Positions 55,675 to 64,000 of a stretch of 64,000 nt of DNA are shown one piece after another. Under the pieces are notes generated by a model. It saw nothing but the letters and a program-made list of their open reading frames with translations. It was not told where the DNA came from and searched no databases. The position numbers and the translations under genes are program-made. Numbering within the stretch: the first letter of the stretch is position 1; each line of letters opens with the position of its first letter. Origin of the DNA: an uncultured Planctomycetaceae bacterium (GTDB lineage: Bacteria; Planctomycetota; Planctomycetia; Planctomycetales; Planctomycetaceae); contig CAWFAK010000014.1 of NCBI GenBank assembly GCA_963813715.1, forward strand, positions 64,001 to 128,000, read 5' to 3'.

Positions 55675-57663
55675 CTAGCGCGTGGCCGTGTCGGCCTTCG
55701 CCGCTTTCTTGGCCGCCATGAGTTCCGGGACGGCCGTTTTGATTTCGTCGATGGCGGTGGTGACGTTGGTCACCTGCCCCTGGCGATCGACGAGGATCAT
55801 CACGGGTGGCACGATGACGCCGAGCGCCATCGCCGGCTCGCTCTCCGTTCCGCCCGGCTGGAAAACCTGCGGCCACGGAATCTTGTGCTGCTCGAGGTAG
55901 GGGACGATGGGCGGCGCCGTCACGTCGAGGTTCACGCCGACGATTTCCAGGCCCTGGTCCCGGTAGCGCTTGTAAAGATCCTTGAGCACGGGGACGTCCT
56001 GCGTGCAGACAGTGCACCAGGTCGACCAATAGGCCACGAGCAACACACGGCCCCGATACGCCTTGGCGTCGAATGTGCCCCCGTCGAGCAGTGGGCCGGT
56101 GAACTGCAACTGCTTGCCTTTGAGGTCCAGACGCCGCAAGGCTCCGGCCGCGCGGTGGCCGGGCCGCGTGTCGGAATGACCCGTGGCCAAATCGGTGTAC
56201 CACTTTTTGGCTTCGGGCATCTTGCTGGCGAATTCGTAGGCGATGGCCAGTTGCAAGAGGGCCTCGGGCGCGTCTTCGGCGGTGGGGAAGTCCTTGGTGA
56301 AGTCTTCGAGCTTGTCCCGCCACCACTTTTGGATGTCTTGCTGCTTGGCGTTGTCGGTCGTCGCCTTTTGCTGGGTCGTGTAGTCGGCGAGCAACCGGCG
56401 ATAGGCGACGTAGGAGACGAGCGGCGACTTGCCCGGTTCGCTCCGCATCTGCGTTTCCAGGGATTTCAGCCGCTCCAGCCCGCCGGGGAACGCGCCGATC
56501 TGCACGGCCGAGGCGATGCTGTCGATCATCTGCCGCATCCACTGGTTGCGATCGTCATTGTTCTTGGCCAAAGCGACCAGCTGCCCCAGCAGGTCGGCGC
56601 GACTCGCGTTGTAGTTGGCGAGCGCCGTGGGCGAGGCCGAGGTCTGCGGCGCCTTTTGATCGAGTTCCTGCAGCTCCGAGAGAATCTTTTGCACCTCGGG
56701 CGCGGGGGCCTGCGTTCCGGCGACCGCCGTGCCGGCGGCCAGCGTTGGCTGCATCAGGGTGCCGCCCGCCATCACCTGGGCGTTTTGGCCTTCGATCGGC
56801 TGGGGAATCTGCGTCAGTTTCCAGACGTCGCCGATGCGCACCAGCTCGCCGACCTGGACGAGCCCCGTCTTTCCCTGCGATTCGACGATCGCCATCGCGT
56901 TTTCGTAGACGATCAAATCGTCATGTGCCTTGCCCTCTTCGGCCGGGATGGTGCAGGGGCTGAGGTTGTCGGCCCGCGGCGTTGCCGAGCGATCGGCGAG
57001 AATCTTCGATCCGGACACGGCGTCGCGCAGCTTGCGGCCGGGGTCGCTCACGGCGTCCATGATCTTCGTGGCATACGAGTCGGCCACGCCGATCGTCCGC
57101 AGCTCGTCGCGGGTGACCAGCACGCTCTCCAGCAGCTTTTCGTCCTGCTGCTGCATGGCGTAGATCGCCACGCGAACGGCCTCCTCGGGCGAGAGAACTT
57201 TCCACGAATCGATGCTGCCGTCTTCCTTCGAGTCGACCGCCCACCGCGAGCCTCCGGTATTCAGCCAGCGATGCTCGTCGGGCTTGTGGTTGTGATTGGT
57301 GTCGATATCGCGATAGACCTCGAGCCCGTGGTTGTAGTAGCGCCATTGGTCGACCGTGTGGTCGCCGTCCGAGTCGACGAACCGCCGCAGCACCTGGCCG
57401 GCCGGTCCCAGCACGACCCAGCCCGACGTCTTGCCGTGCACTTCGACCTGCTTCTTGCACTTGCTCCATTCGGAGCGGGGAGGTGTCTCGATCTCGACGT
57501 CGGGCCGCATGGGGCGATAAGCCGAGAGCATGTCTTCGACGGTTGGTTCTTTGGCCCGGGCACTGGGGGCGGGGGCGAGCAGAGCCACGACGAAAGCGGC
57601 GGACGCTGCAAAAGCGGCAAAACGCGGAAGGGACCAGGTCGAAAGACGTCTGCGGCTGGACAT
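55675..57663 (-). CDS. Secreted TlpA/redoxin-domain protein with TPR-like region
   Basis: Signal peptide; DSDGD..VDQWRYY; C-terminal YWSTWCTVC thioredoxin motif, IVGVNLD. Confidence 0.85.
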   Translation of the reverse strand: MSSRRRLSTWSLPRFAAFAASAAFVVALLAPAPSARAKEPTVEDMLSAYRPMRPDVEIETPPRSEWSKCKKQVEVHGKTSGWVVLGPAGQVLRRFVDSDGDHTVDQWRYYNHGLEVYRDIDTNHNHKPDEHRWLNTGGSRWAVDSKEDGSIDSWKVLSPEEAVRVAIYAMQQQDEKLLESVLVTRDELRTIGVADSYATKIMDAVSDPGRKLRDAVSGSKILADRSATPRADNLSPCTIPAEEGKAHDDLIVYENAMAIVESQGKTGLVQVGELVRIGDVWKLTQIPQPIEGQNAQVMAGGTLMQPTLAAGTAVAGTQAPAPEVQKILSELQELDQKAPQTSASPTALANYNASRADLLGQLVALAKNNDDRNQWMRQMIDSIASAVQIGAFPGGLERLKSLETQMRSEPGKSPLVSYVAYRRLLADYTTQQKATTDNAKQQDIQKWWRDKLEDFTKDFPTAEDAPEALLQLAIAYEFASKMPEAKKWYTDLATGHSDTRPGHRAAGALRRLDLKGKQLQFTGPLLDGGTFDAKAYRGRVLLVAYWSTWCTVCTQDVPVLKDLYKRYRDQGLEIVGVNLDVTAPPIVPYLEQHKIPWPQVFQPGGTESEPAMALGVIVPPVMILVDRQGQVTNVTTAIDEIKTAVPELMAAKKAAKADTATR

Positions 57664-57946
57664 GTGCGGGGAACTCCGGGTCCGTGCCTGGCGGATCGCA
57701 GAGGCGAAGTCCAAGCAACGGCTCGATTTGCGGCGAATAACCTCCCGGGGAAGGAGGTCTGGGTCTCGCAGTCCGAGTCGGACTTATGACGGAATTCTAG
57801 TGAATGGGCCGCAAACAGGTCACGCCCAGTTTGGAGGCGGATGTTCAGGCCCAGAAAGGAGGTCCGATTGCCGACATTTCGAGTTATAAACGTGAGTTCA
57901 GTCCGCCCTGGAGAATGACACCACAGAGGTGCAGGGGAGACCGGCC

Positions 57947-58969
57947 ATGAAAATTGTGATCGACGTCGACAAGCTGCTCCACGAGGGGCGGATCAACCGC
58001 GAAGAATACGACCGGCTCAAGTCGCTGGCCGCCCACGAGACAGGATCGCTAGCGTTCAACATCCTGGTCGCATTTGGCGTGGTGGCAACGGCGGGCGGAG
58101 TGCTGGCGCTCATTCCCGCGGGGGCAACCGCCCTCGTGCTGGGTCTGGCGCTCTCGGCGGCCGGCGTCCTGCTCTCGCAGAACTACAAAGAAGAATGGGG
58201 GTTGCTCGGCACGCTGCTGTTGCTGGTCGGCGCGATCACGACTTCAGGAGGCCTTTTGGTCCTCACAAACGGATCGCTGATCGGGTTCATTATCGTGGCC
58301 GCGCTCTTGCTCGCGGCGGCCGTCCTGGTGAAGAGCGGTCTGTTGGCGACTCTATCGGTGGTCTCGCTGATGGCGGCGGCCGGTGGCGAGACGGGGTATT
58401 GGCATGCCGAGTACATGCTGGCAATCTATCACCCGACCCTCACGGTCGCACTCTTCAGCGTGATCAGCCTGGCAGCCTACGTGCTATCCAAATCGCTGTC
58501 GCGCGAGAACGAGCGTTTGGCGATCATCATCGCGCGGACCGCGCTCTTCGTCGTGAACTTCGGATTCTGGATCGGGTCGCTTTGGGGCGACAACCCGCTC
58601 GATTTCTCCGTACATCGCACGATCTGGTCGCCGACCGTTGCTCCGAACGTGTTCGTCGTCGGCTGGGCGGTGGCGCTCCTGGCGACTGGCGTCTGGGCGG
58701 CCCGCCGCAACCGCCGCTGGGTCGTCAACACGGTGGCCGTCTTCGCAGCCATTCACCTCTACACGCAATACTTCGAGCTGCTCGGCGCACACCCGGCCTC
58801 GATCCTGTGCGCCGGACTGTTCGCGCTGGGAATCGCCTTCGGGCTGTTCCGCTACAATAAGGGCCACCGATTGCCCTTTGGGACGACGGCTACGGACCCG
58901 CAGCCAACGCTGCCCGCATCACCGCTGCCACTGGCTGGCGCGAACGGTTCCTCGCCCGTGGTTGAATAA
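57947..58969 (+). CDS. Polytopic membrane protein (DUF2157-like)
   Basis: LLHEGRINREEYDRL N-terminus followed by about ten TM segments. Confidence 0.7.
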   Translation: MKIVIDVDKLLHEGRINREEYDRLKSLAAHETGSLAFNILVAFGVVATAGGVLALIPAGATALVLGLALSAAGVLLSQNYKEEWGLLGTLLLLVGAITTSGGLLVLTNGSLIGFIIVAALLLAAAVLVKSGLLATLSVVSLMAAAGGETGYWHAEYMLAIYHPTLTVALFSVISLAAYVLSKSLSRENERLAIIIARTALFVVNFGFWIGSLWGDNPLDFSVHRTIWSPTVAPNVFVVGWAVALLATGVWAARRNRRWVVNTVAVFAAIHLYTQYFELLGAHPASILCAGLFALGIAFGLFRYNKGHRLPFGTTATDPQPTLPASPLPLAGANGSSPVVE

Positions 58970-59004
58970 GTCCCGAGCGAGTGCCTGTTCGCGAAGGGAG
59001 GACA

Positions 59005-59493
59005 ATGCGACCGCCACGACGTTATTTAATCGCGTTGTTGCTGGTCGCGCTGGTCGCGATCGGAATTGGAACGGCTGCGGTCGTCGTTGGGTCGAGAATT
59101 CGTGCCAAGGCTGAGCATCGAATGGCAATCTTCACGATCCACGAGATCGTGCCGATCTCGGGTCAGACGCTTCACCTCAAATACGATGTCGAAGTGTTGG
59201 GCGACAATGTGAAGGCCGGATTGGCGAAACGGGACGGAAGCGCCAGTTTCGTCTATATGGAGGCCGACTGCGGGGATTTGGCATTTCTGGAAGTGCTGGG
59301 GCTGCCGGCGCCGGTGGGGCGAAAAGCGTCGGACGGCGAGGCCTCCTTCACAATCGGTGACTGCTCCCCGTCGCTCACGACGCACGCTCCGGTCCGAGTC
59401 GAGTTAAAGCCAGGCGAAAGCTACGTTCTTGCCACCTGCCGCGACAAAACGGGCGCGGTCGCCGAACTGTATTTGTTCTGCGAACGACTCTAG
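59005..59493 (+). CDS. Hypothetical protein with N-terminal TM/signal
   Basis: GGAGG RBS; hydrophobic N-terminus. Confidence 0.6.
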   Translation: MRPPRRYLIALLLVALVAIGIGTAAVVVGSRIRAKAEHRMAIFTIHEIVPISGQTLHLKYDVEVLGDNVKAGLAKRDGSASFVYMEADCGDLAFLEVLGLPAPVGRKASDGEASFTIGDCSPSLTTHAPVRVELKPGESYVLATCRDKTGAVAELYLFCERL

Positions 59494-59500
59494 AGGCCGC

Positions 59501-60031
59501 TCAACTCGCGCTTAGCGCCGCCAGCTCGTCGTCGATCGCGCGGGCCCGCGGGTCGTCTTCGATGGTGGCGGTGTTGCCCCGTGACGAGCTGACTGTCGCT
59601 TGGGGGCTTGTTTGCAGTTCCTGCTGTCGGCGGCGGGCTTCGGAGAGGCGAGCTTCGAGAGCACGGAGTGTCGTGTTCATGTGGTCGCGGGTGGCGCAGG
59701 CCGCCTTATGCTGTTGCGCGAGTCCGGCGACGACGTCGACCACTTCCTGCTTGCGGAGGAGGGCCACGCGGGCCGCCGATTCGTCCTGGTTGCGCAGGGC
59801 CTCGCGGGCTTCATCGGTCAGCTGGTCGGATTGACCGCCCAACTCGGCGATCTCGCGGCGGAGCCGTTCTTCGTTGGCCGTGGCGGTCCCCACGCTGCGG
59901 CGGGCTCCTGCCAGGCCTTCCTCCATTTCGGCGATGATTTTTCGCAACGCGACGGACGGGTCGGGCTCGCGAGCGAGCATCTCGGCCAGGTTGCAGGTGA
60001 CGATGTCGGTCAGACGGCTGAAGTAATTCAT
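59501..60031 (-). CDS. PspA/IM30 family protein
   Basis: MNYFSRLTDIVTCNL....EPDP, coiled coil, ARVALLRK, IDDELAAL. Confidence 0.85.
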   Translation of the reverse strand: MNYFSRLTDIVTCNLAEMLAREPDPSVALRKIIAEMEEGLAGARRSVGTATANEERLRREIAELGGQSDQLTDEAREALRNQDESAARVALLRKQEVVDVVAGLAQQHKAACATRDHMNTTLRALEARLSEARRRQQELQTSPQATVSSSRGNTATIEDDPRARAIDDELAALSAS

Positions 60032-60436
60032 CTCCAGATTCCCTTCGCGCTTCGCCGCTCGTCTTGACCGGGTCGGCAGATATGGACGGATAGGTTAGGG
60101 CATGGACACACAGTTGGTCGCATGAACGCTTCGAAAACTTTCGCGCCCGGCTCGACGCGACACGCATCGTTCCGGGCCTCTGTCACTGTAACGGCGGCAT
60201 CTCGGGCAAGGATCTGCGCGCCTGGGTCCCGATCCGGGAAAAGTCGGAAAATCTTTTTGACGCGGCGGAACTATGCGCCTTACGACCGAAATGCTCCGCG
60301 CGCTTGACAAGGAATCTCTCGCCTGGATATCAGTATAGATCAACGTGCGCTTATGCAAGTGCCGAACATCCTTGCAGCCTGCCGTCCTGCATAAATCGCA
60401 CAGTAGCTACCGCACGCTTGCCCACCAACGAATTGC

Positions 60437-60495
60437 TTGCTGCCGAATCGCCCGCTGCCGAATCGAATCCTGCCGACCTGCCTGCTGAATCGCCT
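60437..60495 (+). repeat. Short degenerate tandem repeat (C)TGCCGAATCG in the DUF1501 leader
   Basis: GCTGCCGAATCG twice, then CTGCCGACC and CTGCTGAATCG. Confidence 0.45.
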
Positions 60496-60530
60496 ACCCG
60501 CCAAGCCTTCCGCTCTCGAGGAATCGCCGT

Positions 60531-62057
60531 ATGACCCTCCGCATTGATGCCGGTGGATCCGCGCGTTATTGCGATGGCCTGAGCCGTCGCAGCTTCGTCC
60601 AGCTGGGTGTGGCCGGGATGGCCAGCTTGGGAATGGGAGACATCCTGCGGGCCAAAGCCCTCTCGGCGTCCAGCGTGGTCGGGCAGCGCAGTCCGAGCAA
60701 AAAGTCTGTCATTTTGATCTGGCTCGACGGGGGCCCCAGCCACCTCGATCTCTACGATCTGAAGCCCGAGGCGGCAACCGAAATTCGCGGCCTCTGGCGG
60801 CCGATCCGCACAAACGTCCCCGGCTTCGAGATCTCCGAGCTGTTCCCCCGCCAGGCCCAGATCGCCGACAAGTTTTCGATCGTCCGCTCGCTCTATCACG
60901 GCACGGGCGACCATTTCGGCGGCGGCCATCGCATGCTGACCGGCAAGGAGATGGGGGTCAACGGCGCGAACCAGTCGGGCCGCTTTCCGTCGATCGGTTC
61001 GATCATCGCCCGTGAGCGGGGAGCGAATCGCGCGGGTATGCCGGCCTACATTGCCGTGCCGATCGCCGCCAGCATCGGACTCGTTCCCGGTTACTTCGGC
61101 GGCAACTGGCTGGGCGCGCAGTACGATCCGTTCCAAACCGGCGGCGACCCGAATAGCGCCAGCTTTCGCGTGCAGAATCTCGACCTCGTCCCCGGCTTGA
61201 GCTTGAGCCGGCTGGAAGATCGCCGCTCGCTGATGCGGCACTTGGACAAGGTGCCCCGCGCGGTCGACTCGGTCGGCAAGTTTTCGACCCTCGACCAGTT
61301 CGATCGCGAGGCCTACGAGTTCGTGTCGGGCAAACAGGCCCGCGACGCCTTCAGCATCGATCGCGAACACGCGAACACCCGAGATCGCTACGGCCGGCAT
61401 ACGTGGGGACAGTCGACGCTCTTGGCCCGGCGGCTCGTCGAGGCGGGCGCCACGTTCGTCACCGTGCACCTGGGCGGCTGGGACCATCACTGGAATTTGC
61501 AGTCGGGGATGGAAACGAACTTGCCGATCGTCGACAAGCTGGTGACCGCGCTCTTTTCCGATCTGTCGGAGCGCGGCCTGCTCGACTCGACGCTGGTGGT
61601 CCTGTGCGGCGAGTTCAGCCGCACACCCCGCATGAACGACGGCGGCAACGGCGGCCCGCCCCGCAGCATGGGCACGCCCGGCCGCGACCACTGGGGCGAC
61701 GCGATGTTCTGCCTCTTGGGCGGTGGCGGCATCCGCGGCGGCCAGATCATCGGTTCGACCGACGCCAAGGGCTATCGCCCGCACACTCGCCCGCTCAAGC
61801 CGCAAAACATTCATGCGACCATCTACAAGTGCCTGGGCATCGATCCGGCCCTGAAGCTGCTCGATCCGCAGGGCCGGCCAACTCCTGTCCTGGAAGACTC
61901 TTCGCCGATCGCCGAGCTGATCTACGCGCGGCACCGTCAACTGAATTCCGCAATAAAAAGTTGCGGCAGCATTCGGGCCGGGTATCATAGCGGCAAGCGC
62001 AAGAGATTCGCGCACTTCCGAGGCCGACTTTCGCGGTTCCGCGATCAAATCGATTGA
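60531..62057 (+). CDS. DUF1501 domain protein (true stop probably ~61925)
   Basis: CDGLSRRSF, GGPSHLDLYDLKP, LLARRLVEAG, WDHH, GEFSRTP, GRDHW; the family usually ends at PIAELI. Confidence 0.92.
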   Translation: MTLRIDAGGSARYCDGLSRRSFVQLGVAGMASLGMGDILRAKALSASSVVGQRSPSKKSVILIWLDGGPSHLDLYDLKPEAATEIRGLWRPIRTNVPGFEISELFPRQAQIADKFSIVRSLYHGTGDHFGGGHRMLTGKEMGVNGANQSGRFPSIGSIIARERGANRAGMPAYIAVPIAASIGLVPGYFGGNWLGAQYDPFQTGGDPNSASFRVQNLDLVPGLSLSRLEDRRSLMRHLDKVPRAVDSVGKFSTLDQFDREAYEFVSGKQARDAFSIDREHANTRDRYGRHTWGQSTLLARRLVEAGATFVTVHLGGWDHHWNLQSGMETNLPIVDKLVTALFSDLSERGLLDSTLVVLCGEFSRTPRMNDGGNGGPPRSMGTPGRDHWGDAMFCLLGGGGIRGGQIIGSTDAKGYRPHTRPLKPQNIHATIYKCLGIDPALKLLDPQGRPTPVLEDSSPIAELIYARHRQLNSAIKSCGSIRAGYHSGKRKRFAHFRGRLSRFRDQID

Positions 62058-62121
62058 CCGGTTGTGAGCGCGGATGATCTGACGGCCTGCGAAGGTCCAT
62101 CTCGTTACAGGAGAACGCGGG

Positions 62122-63456
62122 ATGAAATCGCTCCCCCGACATCGCTCAGTCGCCGTGTGGGTTGCCGTTCGATGGAGTGTTTTGGCGTGCCTGGCCGGCG
62201 TCTGGCTCGGAGTAAATGTCCGACCGGCCGCTGCCGATGGTGGTCTCTTAGAGACGCTCTTCGGACTGAACTCGCCGTCAACGGCCAAGGCGCCGAATCA
62301 GCCGACCAATACGAGCCACGTCTTCAAGAGAGGCGTCGTCGTCCGCAGTGCCGACGGTCGCATGAGCATCCTCTCGTTCTGCCTGAACAAAGACGGCCAG
62401 ATCATCGCGCTCGTCGGCTCGGAGATGGGCTATGGCGGCGGACAAGAGACTCCCACTCAAAGCGGCGTCAAGGTGCTCTCGAAAGAGGGAGAAGCTCTGA
62501 ACGAATGGAAGGTCGACTTCGCGGCCCAGTCGATCAATGTCGGTGCGGATGGGACGGTCTACGTCGCCGGGAGCGGGATCGTCGCCAAGTTCTCGCCCGA
62601 GGGGAAGCTGCTGAAGAAACTCGAGCTGCCGCACATCGCCGAGTTCCTGAAGAACAAAGACGTCATCCGCAAACGGGCCGAAGAAGAGGCCCGCGAGCGG
62701 ACCGAGCAAATGAAGTCCTTCGTCACCGCCTCTAAGAATCGGATCAAACGCCTGGAGAAAATCCCGGCGGACAAACGGACCTTGTCCGACACCGTGGCGA
62801 TCGAGCAACTGAAGACCTCGGTCCAGATGATGGAAAAGGACCAGACCGATGAGGCGAGTATCGACTCCATCGTGCAGCAAATCACCGGGCGGATGCGGAT
62901 CATCAATTCGGTCGCCGTTTCGGACCAGGACATGTTTATCGTCTGCGGCGAACACACGGGTTACGGTTATTCGGTCTGGCGGATGGATCACGACTTCGGC
63001 AGCCCGAAGCAAGTGATGAAGGGACTCCAAGGCTGCTGCGGCCAAATGGACGTCCAGGTGCTTGGTAACGATTTGCTCGTCGCCGAGAACTGCAAACATT
63101 CCTTTGCCCGTTTCGATCGGGACGCCAAGAAGATCGGAGAATGGGGCGGACGCGCGACGGGCGACGACGACGGAAAGTGCTTCGGCGGTTGCTGCAACCC
63201 AATGAACGTGCGCTGCGGTCCCAACGGCGATATCTTCACGGCCGAGTCGGAAGGGGTGGTCAAGCGGTTCTCCGGCAACGGGGACTTCGTCGCCCTCGTC
63301 GCCAAGCGGCCCCTTTCGGGTGGCTGCAAGAACGTGGCGGTGGCCGCCTCGCCGGACGGCAAGTTCGTCTACTGCTGCGACAAGCCCGGATCCAAGATCA
63401 ATATCTTTGAAGAGAAACCCAAAGCGCTGGCTCAGGCCAAACCGGCCGGAAAATAA
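62122..63456 (+). CDS. Secreted NHL/beta-propeller-like protein with Cys-pair motifs
   Basis: AGGAG RBS; signal peptide; DGTVYVAG..KFSPEGK repeats; GCCGQMD, CFGGCCNPMN, GGCKNV, YCCD. Confidence 0.7.
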   Translation: MKSLPRHRSVAVWVAVRWSVLACLAGVWLGVNVRPAAADGGLLETLFGLNSPSTAKAPNQPTNTSHVFKRGVVVRSADGRMSILSFCLNKDGQIIALVGSEMGYGGGQETPTQSGVKVLSKEGEALNEWKVDFAAQSINVGADGTVYVAGSGIVAKFSPEGKLLKKLELPHIAEFLKNKDVIRKRAEEEARERTEQMKSFVTASKNRIKRLEKIPADKRTLSDTVAIEQLKTSVQMMEKDQTDEASIDSIVQQITGRMRIINSVAVSDQDMFIVCGEHTGYGYSVWRMDHDFGSPKQVMKGLQGCCGQMDVQVLGNDLLVAENCKHSFARFDRDAKKIGEWGGRATGDDDGKCFGGCCNPMNVRCGPNGDIFTAESEGVVKRFSGNGDFVALVAKRPLSGGCKNVAVAASPDGKFVYCCDKPGSKINIFEEKPKALAQAKPAGK

Positions 63457-63513
63457 TCGCCCGCGGCCGTCCGCGTTCCGCTTCGATTCATCGTCCACGC
63501 AAGGAATCTGCCG

Positions 63514-64000
63514 ATGAAGACTTTCTCTCTCAGCCTGATGGCCGTGGTGTTTGCGCTGACGCAGGCCTTCCTGCCCGGCATCTCAGTTGCCGCGGAAGGT
63601 GGCGATGCCGGGCTCACCGTGATCGTGATGGACCCGCTGGCCCTGCCGCTCTCGTGTCCCTGCGTGAAAGGCTACGCGCAGCGCGACTACGATCAGCTGG
63701 GCAAGTTTCTCGAGGGCCGCTTGCATCAGCCGGTCCGCGTCGTCTTCAGCGAATCGGTGCGCGAGGCGCTCGATAAGAAGACCGAGGGGAAGGCCGACCT
63801 GATCATTGGCAAAGATTCCGTTGTGCGCCGGCAAACGAAGCGGGCGGGAATCGGAGTCGTCCACGTGGCGGCCCTGACGGGGCTCGACGGCAAGACGGTT
63901 CAGACCGGACTGTGGGTTGTGCCCGCCAAAGACCCGGCTCTTTCCATCTCCGACATCAAGGGATATCGCATCATCCTGGGGGCCGAAGATTGCGATGAAA
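63514..64000 (+). CDS. PhnD/SsuA/transferrin-like periplasmic binding protein (runs off the window)
   Basis: Own translation: signal peptide MKTFSLSLMAVVFALTQA.., MDPLALPLSCPCVKGYAQRDY, ADLIIGKDSVV. Confidence 0.65.
   Translation, partial: MKTFSLSLMAVVFALTQAFLPGISVAAEGGDAGLTVIVMDPLALPLSCPCVKGYAQRDYDQLGKFLEGRLHQPVRVVFSESVREALDKKTEGKADLIIGKDSVVRRQTKRAGIGVVHVAALTGLDGKTVQTGLWVVPAKDPALSISDIKGYRIILGAEDCDE

Noticed and set aside
55885..57789. Long antisense ORFs (also 10944-12554, 60351-62288, 25045-26592)
   Set aside because: Shadows of real high-GC genes on the opposite strand or another frame, with no recognisable motifs

Overview
High-GC chromosomal segment of a Planctomycetota bacterium, inferred from two DUF1501 genes, a DUF1559 prepilin-type gene, a PVC-type heme CxxCH protein and an ECF sigma/Ser-Thr kinase pair. 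About 25 genes, including essential pyrG, carry single-base frameshifts, most simply explained as long-read consensus indels, so split ORFs are joined below. Contents: a complete stressosome operon (RsbR-S-T, a kinase/PP2C fusion, two histidine kinases); secreted redox and hydrolytic enzymes; a REP-dense accessory region at 18.8-25.0 kb (mobile mystery protein A/B cassette between direct repeats, an orphan RepA-like AAA ATPase with a duplicated tail, gene remnants); pectate lyase; a divergent ECF sigma/TPR kinase pair; a ~3.4 kb TetR/SDR islet at tRNA-Asn; an anti-sigma/anti-anti-sigma pair; kdsB-pyrG-truB; and a Cys-pair-rich periplasmic gene pair. The most novel signal is an identically spaced bipartite motif, TGTCAC-N15-CGGTATTGGGTT, upstream of three unrelated envelope-targeted genes. 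It is a candidate ECF-sigma regulon, possibly driven by the kinase-linked ECF in this window. All family assignments are from motif recognition, not database searches.
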